A stretch of 64,000 bases of DNA from an uncultured delta proteobacterium (GTDB taxonomy: Bacteria; Myxococcota_A; Polyangia; Fen-1088). The notes below the pieces were generated by a model. It was not told the origin of the DNA. It saw only the letters and a list, made by a program, of their open reading frames with translations, and made no database searches. Shown here one piece after another: positions 36,205-45,354 of this stretch. A program made the translations under genes and the position numbers. Position 1 is the first letter of the stretch. Each line of letters opens with the position of its first letter. The stretch spans positions 1,216,001-1,280,000 of the forward strand of contig CAVTRY010000011.1 in assembly GCA_963737265.1 (NCBI GenBank), read 5' to 3'.

Positions 36205-38067
36205 GTGACGTGGTTGCATTCACAGACACGCCAGCTCGGATTCGCCTCGGCGCAGCTCAGCCTATTGGCGTTTGCGCTTCTGTTTTGGGGGCTCTACCTG
36301 ACTCAGTTGCCCGGTCTGGTGAGCAAAACCGGCACGCCAGGTTGGCGGGAATCGGCGTCCTACTGCTTGATGGTAGCGAGCGGCTTTGCCTTGGCGGTAG
36401 GCGTTCTCACCGTGCCTTTCTCGTTTGCGGGGCGTCCGCGGCTGGAGAGCTTGGCCAGGGTGGGTGCGAGCCTGCTCGGCTCCGCCTTGCTGGTCGGCGC
36501 GTTCATCGACAGTCGACTGTACGCGGTGTTGGGCGTCCATCTCTACGATTCCTCGGTAACCGCCCTGCTCGGACGTGGAGCGGTGAACGAGTCCTTGCAC
36601 ATCACGGCGCGAGAGGTGGCGCTCGTTTCAGCATGGACCGTTGGAGGCGCGCTGATCCTGCTGCTCGCGGGCGCGGCCGGAACACGCTTGTTTGGCCAAA
36701 CCGCAGAGAGGAAATGGCTCGTGCCGGTCGTGCTGTGCGGTCTGTTCGCCGCAGGCTGGGGCGGATCGGGGCGGGTTCGCACGTCACTTCCCGGCGGCCC
36801 GGCGAAGGCACTTCCGCTTCACGATCTGCTGTTCGCTCCGCGCGCGTCGAGCGCCTCAGCCGAGTCCTGGACCCTCCGCTACCCGAGGTTCGAGGGCCCA
36901 CTGCCGGCCTTGCAGCGAAGGCCAAGTTTTCTGCTGATTTTGGTTGAGACGTTGCGCGGAGACATGTTGACGCCAGAATTCATGCCGGAACTGTGGGCGT
37001 TGCAATCGACTCCGCAATGCACTCGCTCGGCCAATCATCAGGCGTCCAGTCATTCCACGGATCATTGCCTGTTCTCGCTGCTGTACGGCCTTCATTCGTA
37101 CCACTACCAGGTTCTTGGCAAGCGTAATGTGCCGAATTTTCCTCTGCGTGTTCTCAAACAGAACGGCTACCACGTGGCGGGAGGGTCCTCCGCGGCTCTC
37201 TCGCAATGGGGCGAGCTCTCCTATCTAACCGAGCAGTTCCACGAGTTTTTTGAAGCCAAAGGCGCCGGTCCAGTTGAGCGCGACCGCGATCTTTTGCGAT
37301 GGTCGATGGACTTTCTGACGGCGCATTCCGCAGGAGACCCGTTCCTTCTGGTTGTTTTTTTCGATTCCACGCACCACAAGTACTACTACCCACCCGAATT
37401 CGAGATTTACAAGCCGGCCCTGGCGGAATCCCACAGTTTGATTGCCGGCGATGAGGGGGACGCGGATATCCGCAATCAATTGGTCAACCGCTACAAGAAC
37501 AGCGTCCGCTTTGTCGACAGCAGCGTCGGGACTTTGCTGCGAAAGTTCATCCAATTAAGAAATGGCAAGGATTGGATTGCGGGGGTGACGGGCGATCACG
37601 GCGAGGAGTTTTGGGACCACGGGTTGCTGGGACATGCGTCGGTTAGCTTCGTCAACGCACGCGTGAGGGTGCCTCTGGTCCTTTGCACGTCGGACAAAGT
37701 CTCGTGGTCACTGGCGTTGACCAGTCACGTGGATATCATGCCGACCTTCCTCGACTACGCGGGCCTCGTCCCGGCCATCGAGGCCAGCGATTTTAGCAGC
37801 GGCGTTTCGCTCTTGCGCGCGCAGGATCCCGAGCGTTTGGTGCTCGTTTCGGCCATCGATTTCCCCGAGAGGAATCGCCAATTGGCCGTTGTGTCCCAAA
37901 CCTCGAAGTTTCTCGTGTGGAAAGAGCCTTCTGGGTCGAAGGCATTTCGGGTTACCTCGACCACCGACGGGGAAGACGTCCCCGCGCAACGGTCCGACGC
38001 AGCTTGTGGCAAGGCGTTGGAGTTTCTTGGCCTGAGCTACCGGCGATTTTTCGTGCGATCGCGCTGA
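36205..38067 (+). CDS. Membrane-anchored sulfatase-like protein (YejM/PbgA-like)
   Basis: About 5 N-terminal TMs; ILVETLRGD, STDHCLFSLLYG, FDSTHH, NRYKNS, GDHGEEF. Confidence 0.8.
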   Translation: MTWLHSQTRQLGFASAQLSLLAFALLFWGLYLTQLPGLVSKTGTPGWRESASYCLMVASGFALAVGVLTVPFSFAGRPRLESLARVGASLLGSALLVGAFIDSRLYAVLGVHLYDSSVTALLGRGAVNESLHITAREVALVSAWTVGGALILLLAGAAGTRLFGQTAERKWLVPVVLCGLFAAGWGGSGRVRTSLPGGPAKALPLHDLLFAPRASSASAESWTLRYPRFEGPLPALQRRPSFLLILVETLRGDMLTPEFMPELWALQSTPQCTRSANHQASSHSTDHCLFSLLYGLHSYHYQVLGKRNVPNFPLRVLKQNGYHVAGGSSAALSQWGELSYLTEQFHEFFEAKGAGPVERDRDLLRWSMDFLTAHSAGDPFLLVVFFDSTHHKYYYPPEFEIYKPALAESHSLIAGDEGDADIRNQLVNRYKNSVRFVDSSVGTLLRKFIQLRNGKDWIAGVTGDHGEEFWDHGLLGHASVSFVNARVRVPLVLCTSDKVSWSLALTSHVDIMPTFLDYAGLVPAIEASDFSSGVSLLRAQDPERLVLVSAIDFPERNRQLAVVSQTSKFLVWKEPSGSKAFRVTSTTDGEDVPAQRSDAACGKALEFLGLSYRRFFVRSR

Positions 38068-38217
38068 ACTGCCGTGCACTGCCATGCGTCAGGTTGGTTC
38101 TCCGCGGAAGTTTGCATAACGCAGCTGAGAAGGCGAATATGTCGGCCGGCGCGGGACCGCTGCGACGCGAGCACTTGCCATCAAGGAGAATCCCATGTTG
38201 GGCGCGACCTTCTCGTC

Positions 38218-38811
38218 ATGTTACAGTTAGCGGCCATGGTCGATCCCACGTCCGACGTGTCCGCGGATGCCGTCGTGGGCCCTGGCACCAAAGTGTGGGG
38301 CCGAACCCATGTCCGCGAAGGCGCGATCCTCGGGGCCAACTGCGTCGTCGGTGAAAACGTCTATATCGACGCCGATGTTCGCGTGGGAAACAACGTGAAG
38401 ATACAGAACGGCGCCCTGCTGTACCGGCACCTGACCTTGGGCGACGGCGTGTTCGTTGGTCCCCTGGTGTGCTTCACCAACGACGAGCGTCCGCGCGCGG
38501 TGACGCCCGGGGGCGCGCTGAAACAGAACGGAGACTGGAGCCCCGGGAAAACGCGGGTCGAGGCAGGCGCCTCGTTAGGAGCTGCCGCGGTGGTCTTGCC
38601 GGGGCTGCGCATTGGCGCCTGGTCCATGGTCGGCGCGGGAGCGGTCGTGACACGCGATGTTCCTGACTACGCGCTGGTCGTGGGATCGCCTGCGCGCCAG
38701 GTGGGATGGGTGTGTGCCTGTGGTGCGCGCCTGGTGGCGAATGGCGCTCAAGACGGCGGCCAAACCTGGCACTGCCCAAAGGACGGATGGAAGCTCCCGC
38801 GGGCCAGTTGA
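38218..38811 (+). CDS. Hexapeptide-repeat sugar N-acetyltransferase (WbpD-like)
   Basis: LbH repeats, VKIQN, FTND.RPR, VVGSPARQVGWVCACG. Confidence 0.85.
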   Translation: MLQLAAMVDPTSDVSADAVVGPGTKVWGRTHVREGAILGANCVVGENVYIDADVRVGNNVKIQNGALLYRHLTLGDGVFVGPLVCFTNDERPRAVTPGGALKQNGDWSPGKTRVEAGASLGAAAVVLPGLRIGAWSMVGAGAVVTRDVPDYALVVGSPARQVGWVCACGARLVANGAQDGGQTWHCPKDGWKLPRAS

Positions 38812-39854
38812 TTCGAGCTGGCGTAATCGGGGCAGGCGCCATGGGCCGGCATCACGCCCGCGTGTATGCGGAGTTGGAGGGCGTGGAGCTGGTCGCGGTG
38901 GCCGATCCCGACGAGCGGCGTCGCGCCGATATCGCCAAGCGCACCGGTGCACGACCCTACGACCACTATCTCCGGCTCTTCGAAAAAGAAAAGCTCGAAC
39001 GCCGTCAGCGTGGCCGTTCCCACGTCGCAGCACCATGAGGCGGTGGTGTGTGCCTTCGAGCACGGCGTTCACGTGTTGGTGGAAAAGCCCATCGCCGCCA
39101 CCGTGGAAGAGGCGACGGATCTCATTCGTCGGCGGGAGAAGAACGGATTGACCCTGGCCGTTGGCCACATCGAGCGTCACAACCCTGCGGTGATCGAGCT
39201 CTATCGCCGATTGGGCGAGGGCGAGCTGGGCAAGGTGTTTCAGGTCCATTCGCGGCGCATGTCGCCTTTTCCCGCGTACGTGCGGGATGTGGGGGTCACG
39301 CTGGATCTCGCCACGCACGAGATCGACATTATTCGTTCCTTGGTGGGAGCGCCTCTGCTGCGAGTGTATGCGGAGACCAGCCGCAACGTGCACGCAAGTC
39401 AGGAAGATTCCCTGGTAAGCACCTTGCGGTTCAATAACAACGTCATCGGCAGTCTGAATGCCAACTGGGTAACTCCGAGCAAGACGCGCGAATGTCGTAT
39501 TATCGGCGAGCGCGGAATGGGACTGGTGGACTACCTCACGCAAGATCTCTACTTCTATGAAAACAGCAACGCCCCCACCGCTGGGACATGATGGCGCTGT
39601 TCAAGGGGGTCGAGGAAGGCAACGTGGTCAAGTTGCGCGTGGCCAAGGTGGAACCCTTGCGGGCGCAGCTGATGGATTTCGTGCGGGCGGTACGAACGGG
39701 AACGCCGCCGATGGTGACGGGCACCGATGGACTCTTTGCGGTGGCCATCGCGCACATGCTGCTGGAATCGGCGCGCACGCAACAGGCGGTTATCGTCAAG
39801 GACGAGGTGGCGCGGCGGGGGTGGCCAGAGGTGCTGCGGACGGGGTTGGATTGA
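38787..39854 (+). CDS. Gfo/Idh/MocA oxidoreductase (WbpB-like) with two single-base frameshifts (about 38998 and 39578)
   Basis: GVIGAGAMGRHHAR, AVSVAVPT, VEKP, GHIERHNPA, DLATHEID, EPLRAQL are spread over three ORFs. Confidence 0.82.
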
Positions 39855-41532
39855 CCGCGGGGTGGGTGCAGATGCGCTCGCGCAGCGCCAGCGCCCGCGC
39901 GTAGCCGGGATCGATCTCCAGTGCGTGCGACAAAGCCGAACAGGCCTTTTCAGGCTTGCCGTCCGCCACCTGCGCCGATGCCACATTGAACCAGAAGCGA
40001 CGATCGGTCGCTCCCGCCAGTGGCAATAGCCGTCGCAACGCGGACTTCGCGTCGGCCACGCGGTTGAGGGATAGGTAGGTCACAGCGAGATTGTTCAAGG
40101 CTCGCTCGTCGCTCGGGTTGAGCGCTACGGCTTTCTCAAGTAGGGGCAGGGCTTCGATGAATTGTCCTTTGGACGTTGCGATGGTGGCGAGCCGATAGAG
40201 GGACGCCGCATTTTCAGGCTCCATGGCGGCTGAGTATTGGGCCAGCGTTTCTTCGTTCTTCCACGCGCCGACTTGCCGCCAGGTTGTTGCCAGCACAAGG
40301 CCACACCACGCGGCGACCGGAGCAAGCCACAGGGTCCAATGGACGCCGGCTAGGGTGCGGGCAGCGATACGTGCGGCGGCCAGAAGGGCGATGGCGAGAA
40401 ATAGAAACGGAAAGAACGCGTACCGATCGGAAAGCGCGCCAATGCTCCGCACGCCCAAGGCCGCAGGCAGAAGCAGGGGGCCAAGCGCCAGCAGCGCGCA
40501 CAGTCCGAGGCCGAAGCTCGTGGGTGCGACGGCTGCACGCACCCGATGGGAAAGGAACGCCATTGCTGCGGCAAGAACGACCAGCACAATCCAGCCGAGG
40601 GGTACAAATGCGGGCCACAGGTGGCGATCGGGAGTCAGGGAAAAAGGCGAAACGAACGAAGTGGCGTAGGCCAGGACAACGCCCGGCAAATCGACGACTG
40701 CGCGCAGGAGTGACTTCTCCTGGGCCATGGGAAGGGACGCCGCCTGCATGAAAAGGGCACGCAGCGGGAAGTAGGCAGCGGTTCCAAGCAGAAGTGCGGT
40801 CACAGAAACGAGGCTGGCGCGCGTTTTTCTCCGCGCCACGGCCAGCGCCAAGACAGCCGCGGGCAACGCCAGATTGGCTTCCTTGGCGAACAAGGAAGCT
40901 AGCTGTGCCAGTGTCGCGGCGGAAGCCCACAGCCAACGTCCGCGTACCTTGGTGGCATCGCCAGAGCGCAGGGCCAGCAATAGGGCCAACAGCGAGAATA
41001 TGGCTGCGAGGAGATCGGAGCGCGCGGAAATATAGGTGAAGACCTCGACGTGAAGGGGGTGAAGCGCCCACAGAGCGGGCAGCCAGAGGCCGAGGCCGAG
41101 CCTTTTGCCCAGGGCATACACCAACAAGATCGACAGAAGTCCAAGCAGGACGCTGTGCAGGTGCATTGGGCCCGGTCGATTGCCGAAGGATCTCACGTCG
41201 AGCCAGTGGCTCGCCACGCTGACTGGGCGATAGCTTTCGTGCGCGGGAACCAGGTTTTTGGGCGCGCGTTCGGTCGCCGGCTCGCTGCGTGCGTGCTCCC
41301 CCTTTCGGATCACCCCCGACAGCGGCCCACGCATGAGATCGCTCTGCGAAAAATTGGTCGGGTCGTCCCACACGAAGTCAAAGCCCACGGTACGAACATA
41401 GGTCGCAAGATAGACCAGCAGCAGCGCCGGAAGCGCCCAGCGCGGCGGTGATCGACGATGGAGCATCGATTCACCTGGCCCAGAAACCGAATTCTCTCGA
41501 TCCGGGTCACCCGGACGGAGGACATCGGGCAT
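39796..41532 (-). CDS. TMTC-like GT-C protein glycosyltransferase with C-terminal TPRs
   Basis: DFVWDD, YRP, HPLHVE, ARSDLL, AKE, DRY; many TMs; TPR tail. Confidence 0.8.
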   Translation of the reverse strand: MPDVLRPGDPDRENSVSGPGESMLHRRSPPRWALPALLLVYLATYVRTVGFDFVWDDPTNFSQSDLMRGPLSGVIRKGEHARSEPATERAPKNLVPAHESYRPVSVASHWLDVRSFGNRPGPMHLHSVLLGLLSILLVYALGKRLGLGLWLPALWALHPLHVEVFTYISARSDLLAAIFSLLALLLALRSGDATKVRGRWLWASAATLAQLASLFAKEANLALPAAVLALAVARRKTRASLVSVTALLLGTAAYFPLRALFMQAASLPMAQEKSLLRAVVDLPGVVLAYATSFVSPFSLTPDRHLWPAFVPLGWIVLVVLAAAMAFLSHRVRAAVAPTSFGLGLCALLALGPLLLPAALGVRSIGALSDRYAFFPFLFLAIALLAAARIAARTLAGVHWTLWLAPVAAWCGLVLATTWRQVGAWKNEETLAQYSAAMEPENAASLYRLATIATSKGQFIEALPLLEKAVALNPSDERALNNLAVTYLSLNRVADAKSALRRLLPLAGATDRRFWFNVASAQVADGKPEKACSALSHALEIDPGYARALALRERICTHPAVNPTPSAAPLATPAAPPRP

Positions 41533-41653
41533 GACCGAAGTATAGGGCGCACCTGGCAACTTGAGCAAGAAGCCTTCAACAGACGCCTGGCCAACTCCGA
41601 GTGCAGGAAACCGTGGCGTTCTGCCGGGTATTCTTCAATGATGCTGGGTACCC

Positions 41654-42397
41654 ATGCGCCTTTCCTACGTGCTTCCCGTGCACAATGAAGAAGCCATCTT
41701 GGCGGACAACGTCGCCCGTCTGCGCGCGGTTCTCGGGGCGCACGAAGGATCGAGGATCTTGCTCGTGGAAAACGGCAGCCGCGACGGGTCGGCCGCGTTG
41801 GCCTTGGGCCTAGCCGCGACGGTCCACCCGGTCCCCGTGCTGGCGTATTCGCTACCGCTTGCGGGCATCGGCCATGCGTACGATCGCGGGATGCGCGAAG
41901 TCTTGGCGCTCGACGGTGCGGACCGCGAGCATTGGCTGGTGCTGAGCGCCGCCGATCTGCCCTTTGGTTTCAGCGACCTCGAACATGCTTTGCCTAGCTT
42001 GCGAGCTTCCGCGGCGCCTCTGCTCATCGGCTCCAAAGCGCACCCGCACAGCGAGGTCCACGTGCCCCGACAAAGAGCCGTCGCCACGCAGCTGTACCGT
42101 CGGATTCGCCGCGGCGTGGCCGGCATGCGAACGGGAGACTCGCAGGGCAGTCTGTTTCTGCGGCTTGATTTGGCTGCGCGGCTGGTGGACCTGATTCGTT
42201 CGCGCGACTTCTTCTACTCGACTGAATTGGTATTTCAGGTCGAACGAATGGGGCATCCGGTGGTCGAATTGCCGGTCACGGTCGAGCCCGAGGCACGCGC
42301 ATCCACGGTGAAACCCGTGCGGCACGGGGCCAAGATGTTCGTGGCCTTGCTTCGTACCGTGCGGCGGTGGGGGCGGGTACCTGGCCGCCCCTTTTGA
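41654..42397 (+). CDS. GT2 glycosyltransferase (polyprenol-phosphate-sugar synthase-like)
   Basis: VLPVHNEE, VENGSRDGS, AADL, IGSKAHP, DSQG. Confidence 0.85.
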   Translation: MRLSYVLPVHNEEAILADNVARLRAVLGAHEGSRILLVENGSRDGSAALALGLAATVHPVPVLAYSLPLAGIGHAYDRGMREVLALDGADREHWLVLSAADLPFGFSDLEHALPSLRASAAPLLIGSKAHPHSEVHVPRQRAVATQLYRRIRRGVAGMRTGDSQGSLFLRLDLAARLVDLIRSRDFFYSTELVFQVERMGHPVVELPVTVEPEARASTVKPVRHGAKMFVALLRTVRRWGRVPGRPF

Positions 42398-42733
42398 TCC
42401 ATCTTGTCAGACGTCTTCCAAATCGAAACCGATGCGCAGACGGATTTGGTACCAGGCTTCGTTCATGAGCAGGAAATGGCCGAATTGACCATATTTGTAT
42501 TCCGCGGGGGACAGGTGCGGGACGTAGGGCTTGAGCCAATCCGTGGCGTACATGAGCTGTCCGAGAGAGAGAGACCGTCGGCGATTTCCACCACCCCGTC
42601 GATGCAGTAGCGATCGGGAATGATGGTGCGCAACTCGGGCCAGCGATAGTTGAACCTGATAGACGCGTTTGTCGCCACTGTTGGCAAACTGGATAGTTGC
42701 CATGGGTGCAATCTTCGGCCAGCATACGATCCG

Positions 42734-43234
42734 GTGCGACTGGTTCTTCTTCTCGCTTTGATATTGGGCAGCCATCTGTGGTCGTCGGTTTCGTCGGCGG
42801 CACCGCGCGTGGCGGTCCAGCCTTTCGGCGGGCCGGAGACAGAGCCGCTGCGCCAGCAGGTCGCCAAGATCGTCACCAAGCATGGATTTCGCGTCCTGAC
42901 GTCGTTGCAGGCGGTGAGCGGCACCAGCCAATACCCGGGGCTGGCCAAGGACAAGCGGCTCTCCGCGTTCGTGGTTGGCGAGGTGGCCCAGCGGGGCAAC
43001 CGCGTCAGTCTGACGTTTCTCGTGTGGCAGGGGATTGACGGCAGCGTGATCGGGCGCTGGGAAGTCGTTGGTCAAAAGACGAAGATTTCGCGCGTGCTGG
43101 CCAAGGACTTCTGGAAACGGCTCGGCCCCGCCATCGGCAAGGCGCACGCGCCGCCCAGCGGCTACCTGCCGCCGGCGCCGCCCATGCGAATCAACGCCGG
43201 GAAGCCGATTGCGGATTCAGTCGGTCCGAGTTAG
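42734..43234 (+). CDS. Hypothetical exported protein
   Basis: GTG start; signal peptide followed by APRVAVQPF; coding-like GC3. Confidence 0.65.
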   Translation: MRLVLLLALILGSHLWSSVSSAAPRVAVQPFGGPETEPLRQQVAKIVTKHGFRVLTSLQAVSGTSQYPGLAKDKRLSAFVVGEVAQRGNRVSLTFLVWQGIDGSVIGRWEVVGQKTKISRVLAKDFWKRLGPAIGKAHAPPSGYLPPAPPMRINAGKPIADSVGPS

Positions 43235-43257
43235 GGCGCCGAGTCTTCTCGGCTTCG

Positions 43258-44355
43258 TTAGCGCCGGCCTGCTTCGTAATCCGCGAACAGCTGTCCCCAC
43301 GTGGTGTCGCGCTTCCACGTTTCGAAGGTCTTCTTGTCCTTCATGGGCCAGCGGTAGTAGTCGTGGTAGCTCTCGCTGCCGAACACGAACAGATTCACCA
43401 AGGGCGTGTGGAAGAACAGCTTCTGGATGGCCTTGAGCGGGCCGAACCACAGCGCGTCGCCGACGTGGCTGGCCAGATTATCGCCCACCCTGAAGCCCCA
43501 GCTTTCGCCTGAGATGTCGTCGCCGACGATTTCGATGTCGCGCGGATCGCCCACGCCGAGTTTGTCCTCGTGGGCCACGGAGATGAACTCCAGCTTCATG
43601 GGGTCGAAGCCCATCATCTTGGCCGCGACCGCATCGATGGCGACCTGGTCGGGGCTGGCGAGCAGGTAGTCCTTGATGACCGGAATCATGGTGCGCGGGC
43701 CGGGGCCGTTGCCAGCGGTCGTGCCGTCCATGATGGCGAAAAGGCCGGAATGAATTTCCTTCTGGATGGCAAGCAGGTCGACCAAGGTGCGATGAATCCA
43801 GCTATGCGTATAGTGGCGACGCGTGTTTAGCAACCCGCCGAAGGCGTTCTTCATAGCCCCGGTCGTGGTGGTGTAGATGTGGCACTTCACGGTGGGAAGG
43901 TGGACGATGTTTTTGCCCTGAAAATAGTCGGGGATCATGATTCCGTCGGGGAAAATCTTGGGCAGCACGTGCATGCGCGCCTTGGGCTTGTATTCGATCC
44001 AGCGCATGTCGGTCTCTTTGAAGTTGTAGAGAACCGGGATTTGGTATTTGCGGAAGAGTGGGACGTAGTGGTTCAGATCCTCGCCCTTGAAGGCGTTGGT
44101 GACCACGGTCTTGTTTTGCACGCACGAAATGTCGCCGAAACCGGCACCGCGTAGCGCCTTGATTGCGCCCTCCATCTGCCAGGGCGTGGTGTTGGCCCCT
44201 GGGAACGGGTAGTGCCACGAAATGTTGTCCTTGAGGATCGTCGTCTTGCCCGGAGCAAGCGCTTCCTTCATTCCTGCCAGCTCGCACAGCCGTTCGACGT
44301 CGGTCAGGATGGTTTCGGGTTTGCACTTGATGACAGCAACTTTTGCCTTGGCCAT
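43258..44355 (-). CDS. DUF362-domain protein
   Basis: ILKDN, HLPTVKCH, TGAMKNAFG, DQVAIDAVAAKMMGFDP. Confidence 0.85.
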   Translation of the reverse strand: MAKAKVAVIKCKPETILTDVERLCELAGMKEALAPGKTTILKDNISWHYPFPGANTTPWQMEGAIKALRGAGFGDISCVQNKTVVTNAFKGEDLNHYVPLFRKYQIPVLYNFKETDMRWIEYKPKARMHVLPKIFPDGIMIPDYFQGKNIVHLPTVKCHIYTTTTGAMKNAFGGLLNTRRHYTHSWIHRTLVDLLAIQKEIHSGLFAIMDGTTAGNGPGPRTMIPVIKDYLLASPDQVAIDAVAAKMMGFDPMKLEFISVAHEDKLGVGDPRDIEIVGDDISGESWGFRVGDNLASHVGDALWFGPLKAIQKLFFHTPLVNLFVFGSESYHDYYRWPMKDKKTFETWKRDTTWGQLFADYEAGRR

Positions 44356-44439
44356 AGGTTTTCCCTGCCGTTACTGATACCAGGTCGCTGCCTGCGCCGC
44401 TAGTCGGTGTCGCCGAGGTCGTGGCCGCCATCACCGGAA

Positions 44440-44513
44440 AGAAAATGGCCCCCTGGTTCGACCAGGAGGCCCTTGTAGTTATCCTCGAAAGAACCCTGGA
44501 GGGTTCTTTCGAG
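44440..44513 (-). terminator. Tandem hairpins after the AEK-repeat gene
   Basis: Perfect inverted repeat CTCGAAAGAACCCT/AGGGTTCTTTCGAG (44484-44513), then a GGCC-CCTGGT/ACCAGG-GGCC hairpin with a T-rich tail on the minus strand. Confidence 0.7.
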
Positions 44514-44520
44514 CTCCCAC

Positions 44521-45024
44521 TTACTTAGCCTTCTCGGCTTTCTCGCCTTTTTCAGCCTTCTCGGCCTTCTCAGGCTTGGCCTTCTCTGCCTTTTCGGCCT
44601 TGGCCTTCTCGGCCTTCTCTGCCTTTTCTGCCTTGGCCTTCTCGGCCTTCTCTGCCTTTTCTGCCTTGGCCTTCTCGGCCTTCTCTGCCTTTTCTGCCTT
44701 CTCTGCCTTAGCCTTCTCGGCCTTCTCTGCCTTCTCTGCCTTGGCCTTCTCGGCCTTCTCTGCCTTCTCGGCCTTGGCCTTCTCGGCCTTTTCTGCCTTC
44801 TCGGCCTTGTCGCTCTTATCAGCGGCCGGCTTCTCAGCCTTTTCGGCGGCCGGCTTCTCAGCCTTCTCCGCGGGCTTGGCGGCAGCAGGAGCCTTCTCCG
44901 CCTTCTCTGCCTTGGCGGCCGGCGCCGCAGCGGGGGCCTTCTCCGCAGGCTTGCCTTGCGCGAATGCCAGGCCGGACAGGGGCAACAATGCCGAAACCGA
45001 GAGAACCATAAGTAGACGCTTCAT
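44521..45024 (-). CDS. Secreted Ala/Glu/Lys low-complexity repeat protein
   Basis: RBS GGAGGT; signal peptide ending AFA; (AEK)n / AKAEKAEK repeats. Confidence 0.85.
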   Translation of the reverse strand: MKRLLMVLSVSALLPLSGLAFAQGKPAEKAPAAAPAAKAEKAEKAPAAAKPAEKAEKPAAEKAEKPAADKSDKAEKAEKAEKAKAEKAEKAEKAKAEKAEKAEKAKAEKAEKAEKAEKAKAEKAEKAEKAKAEKAEKAEKAKAEKAEKAKPEKAEKAEKGEKAEKAK

Positions 45025-45226
45025 CGATTGACCTCCAAGAGGGTGACGTTTGACTGCGGGCGCATCATACATGTGCGCGGACGTATTTCCACTCCTACTC
45101 TCTGATATTTGCTTTTACAAAGCTGTCTATGAAGCGATGTGACGAACAGGCACGACGCCGGGACGCACCATATCTTGAGTGGTCAGCCGGCTTCTGCGAC
45201 CATCGGGCGCTGGAAAGGCACAGCGC

Positions 45227-45350
45227 ATGCGCAAAGTAAAAATCGTCTGCACTCTCGGGCCGGCAAACACCGGCGTCCCCCGCCTGGTCGAGCAGCTCGT
45301 CCATACCGGCCTGGATGTGGCGCGACGTGCACAGGATCAAAGGTAGTTAG
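45227..45350 (+). pseudogene. pyk: Pyruvate kinase remnant (N-terminus fused to extreme C-terminus)
   Basis: RBS GGAAAGG; MRKVKIVCTLGPA...EQLVHTGLDVAR is the Pyk N-terminus up to RLNFSHG, followed out of frame by VHRIKGS*. Confidence 0.78.
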
Positions 45351-45354
45351 TTCG

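Noticed and set aside
44576-45031. (AFS)n hydrophobic ORF
   Set aside because: Reverse reading of the AEK repeats; the minus strand has the RBS and signal peptide.
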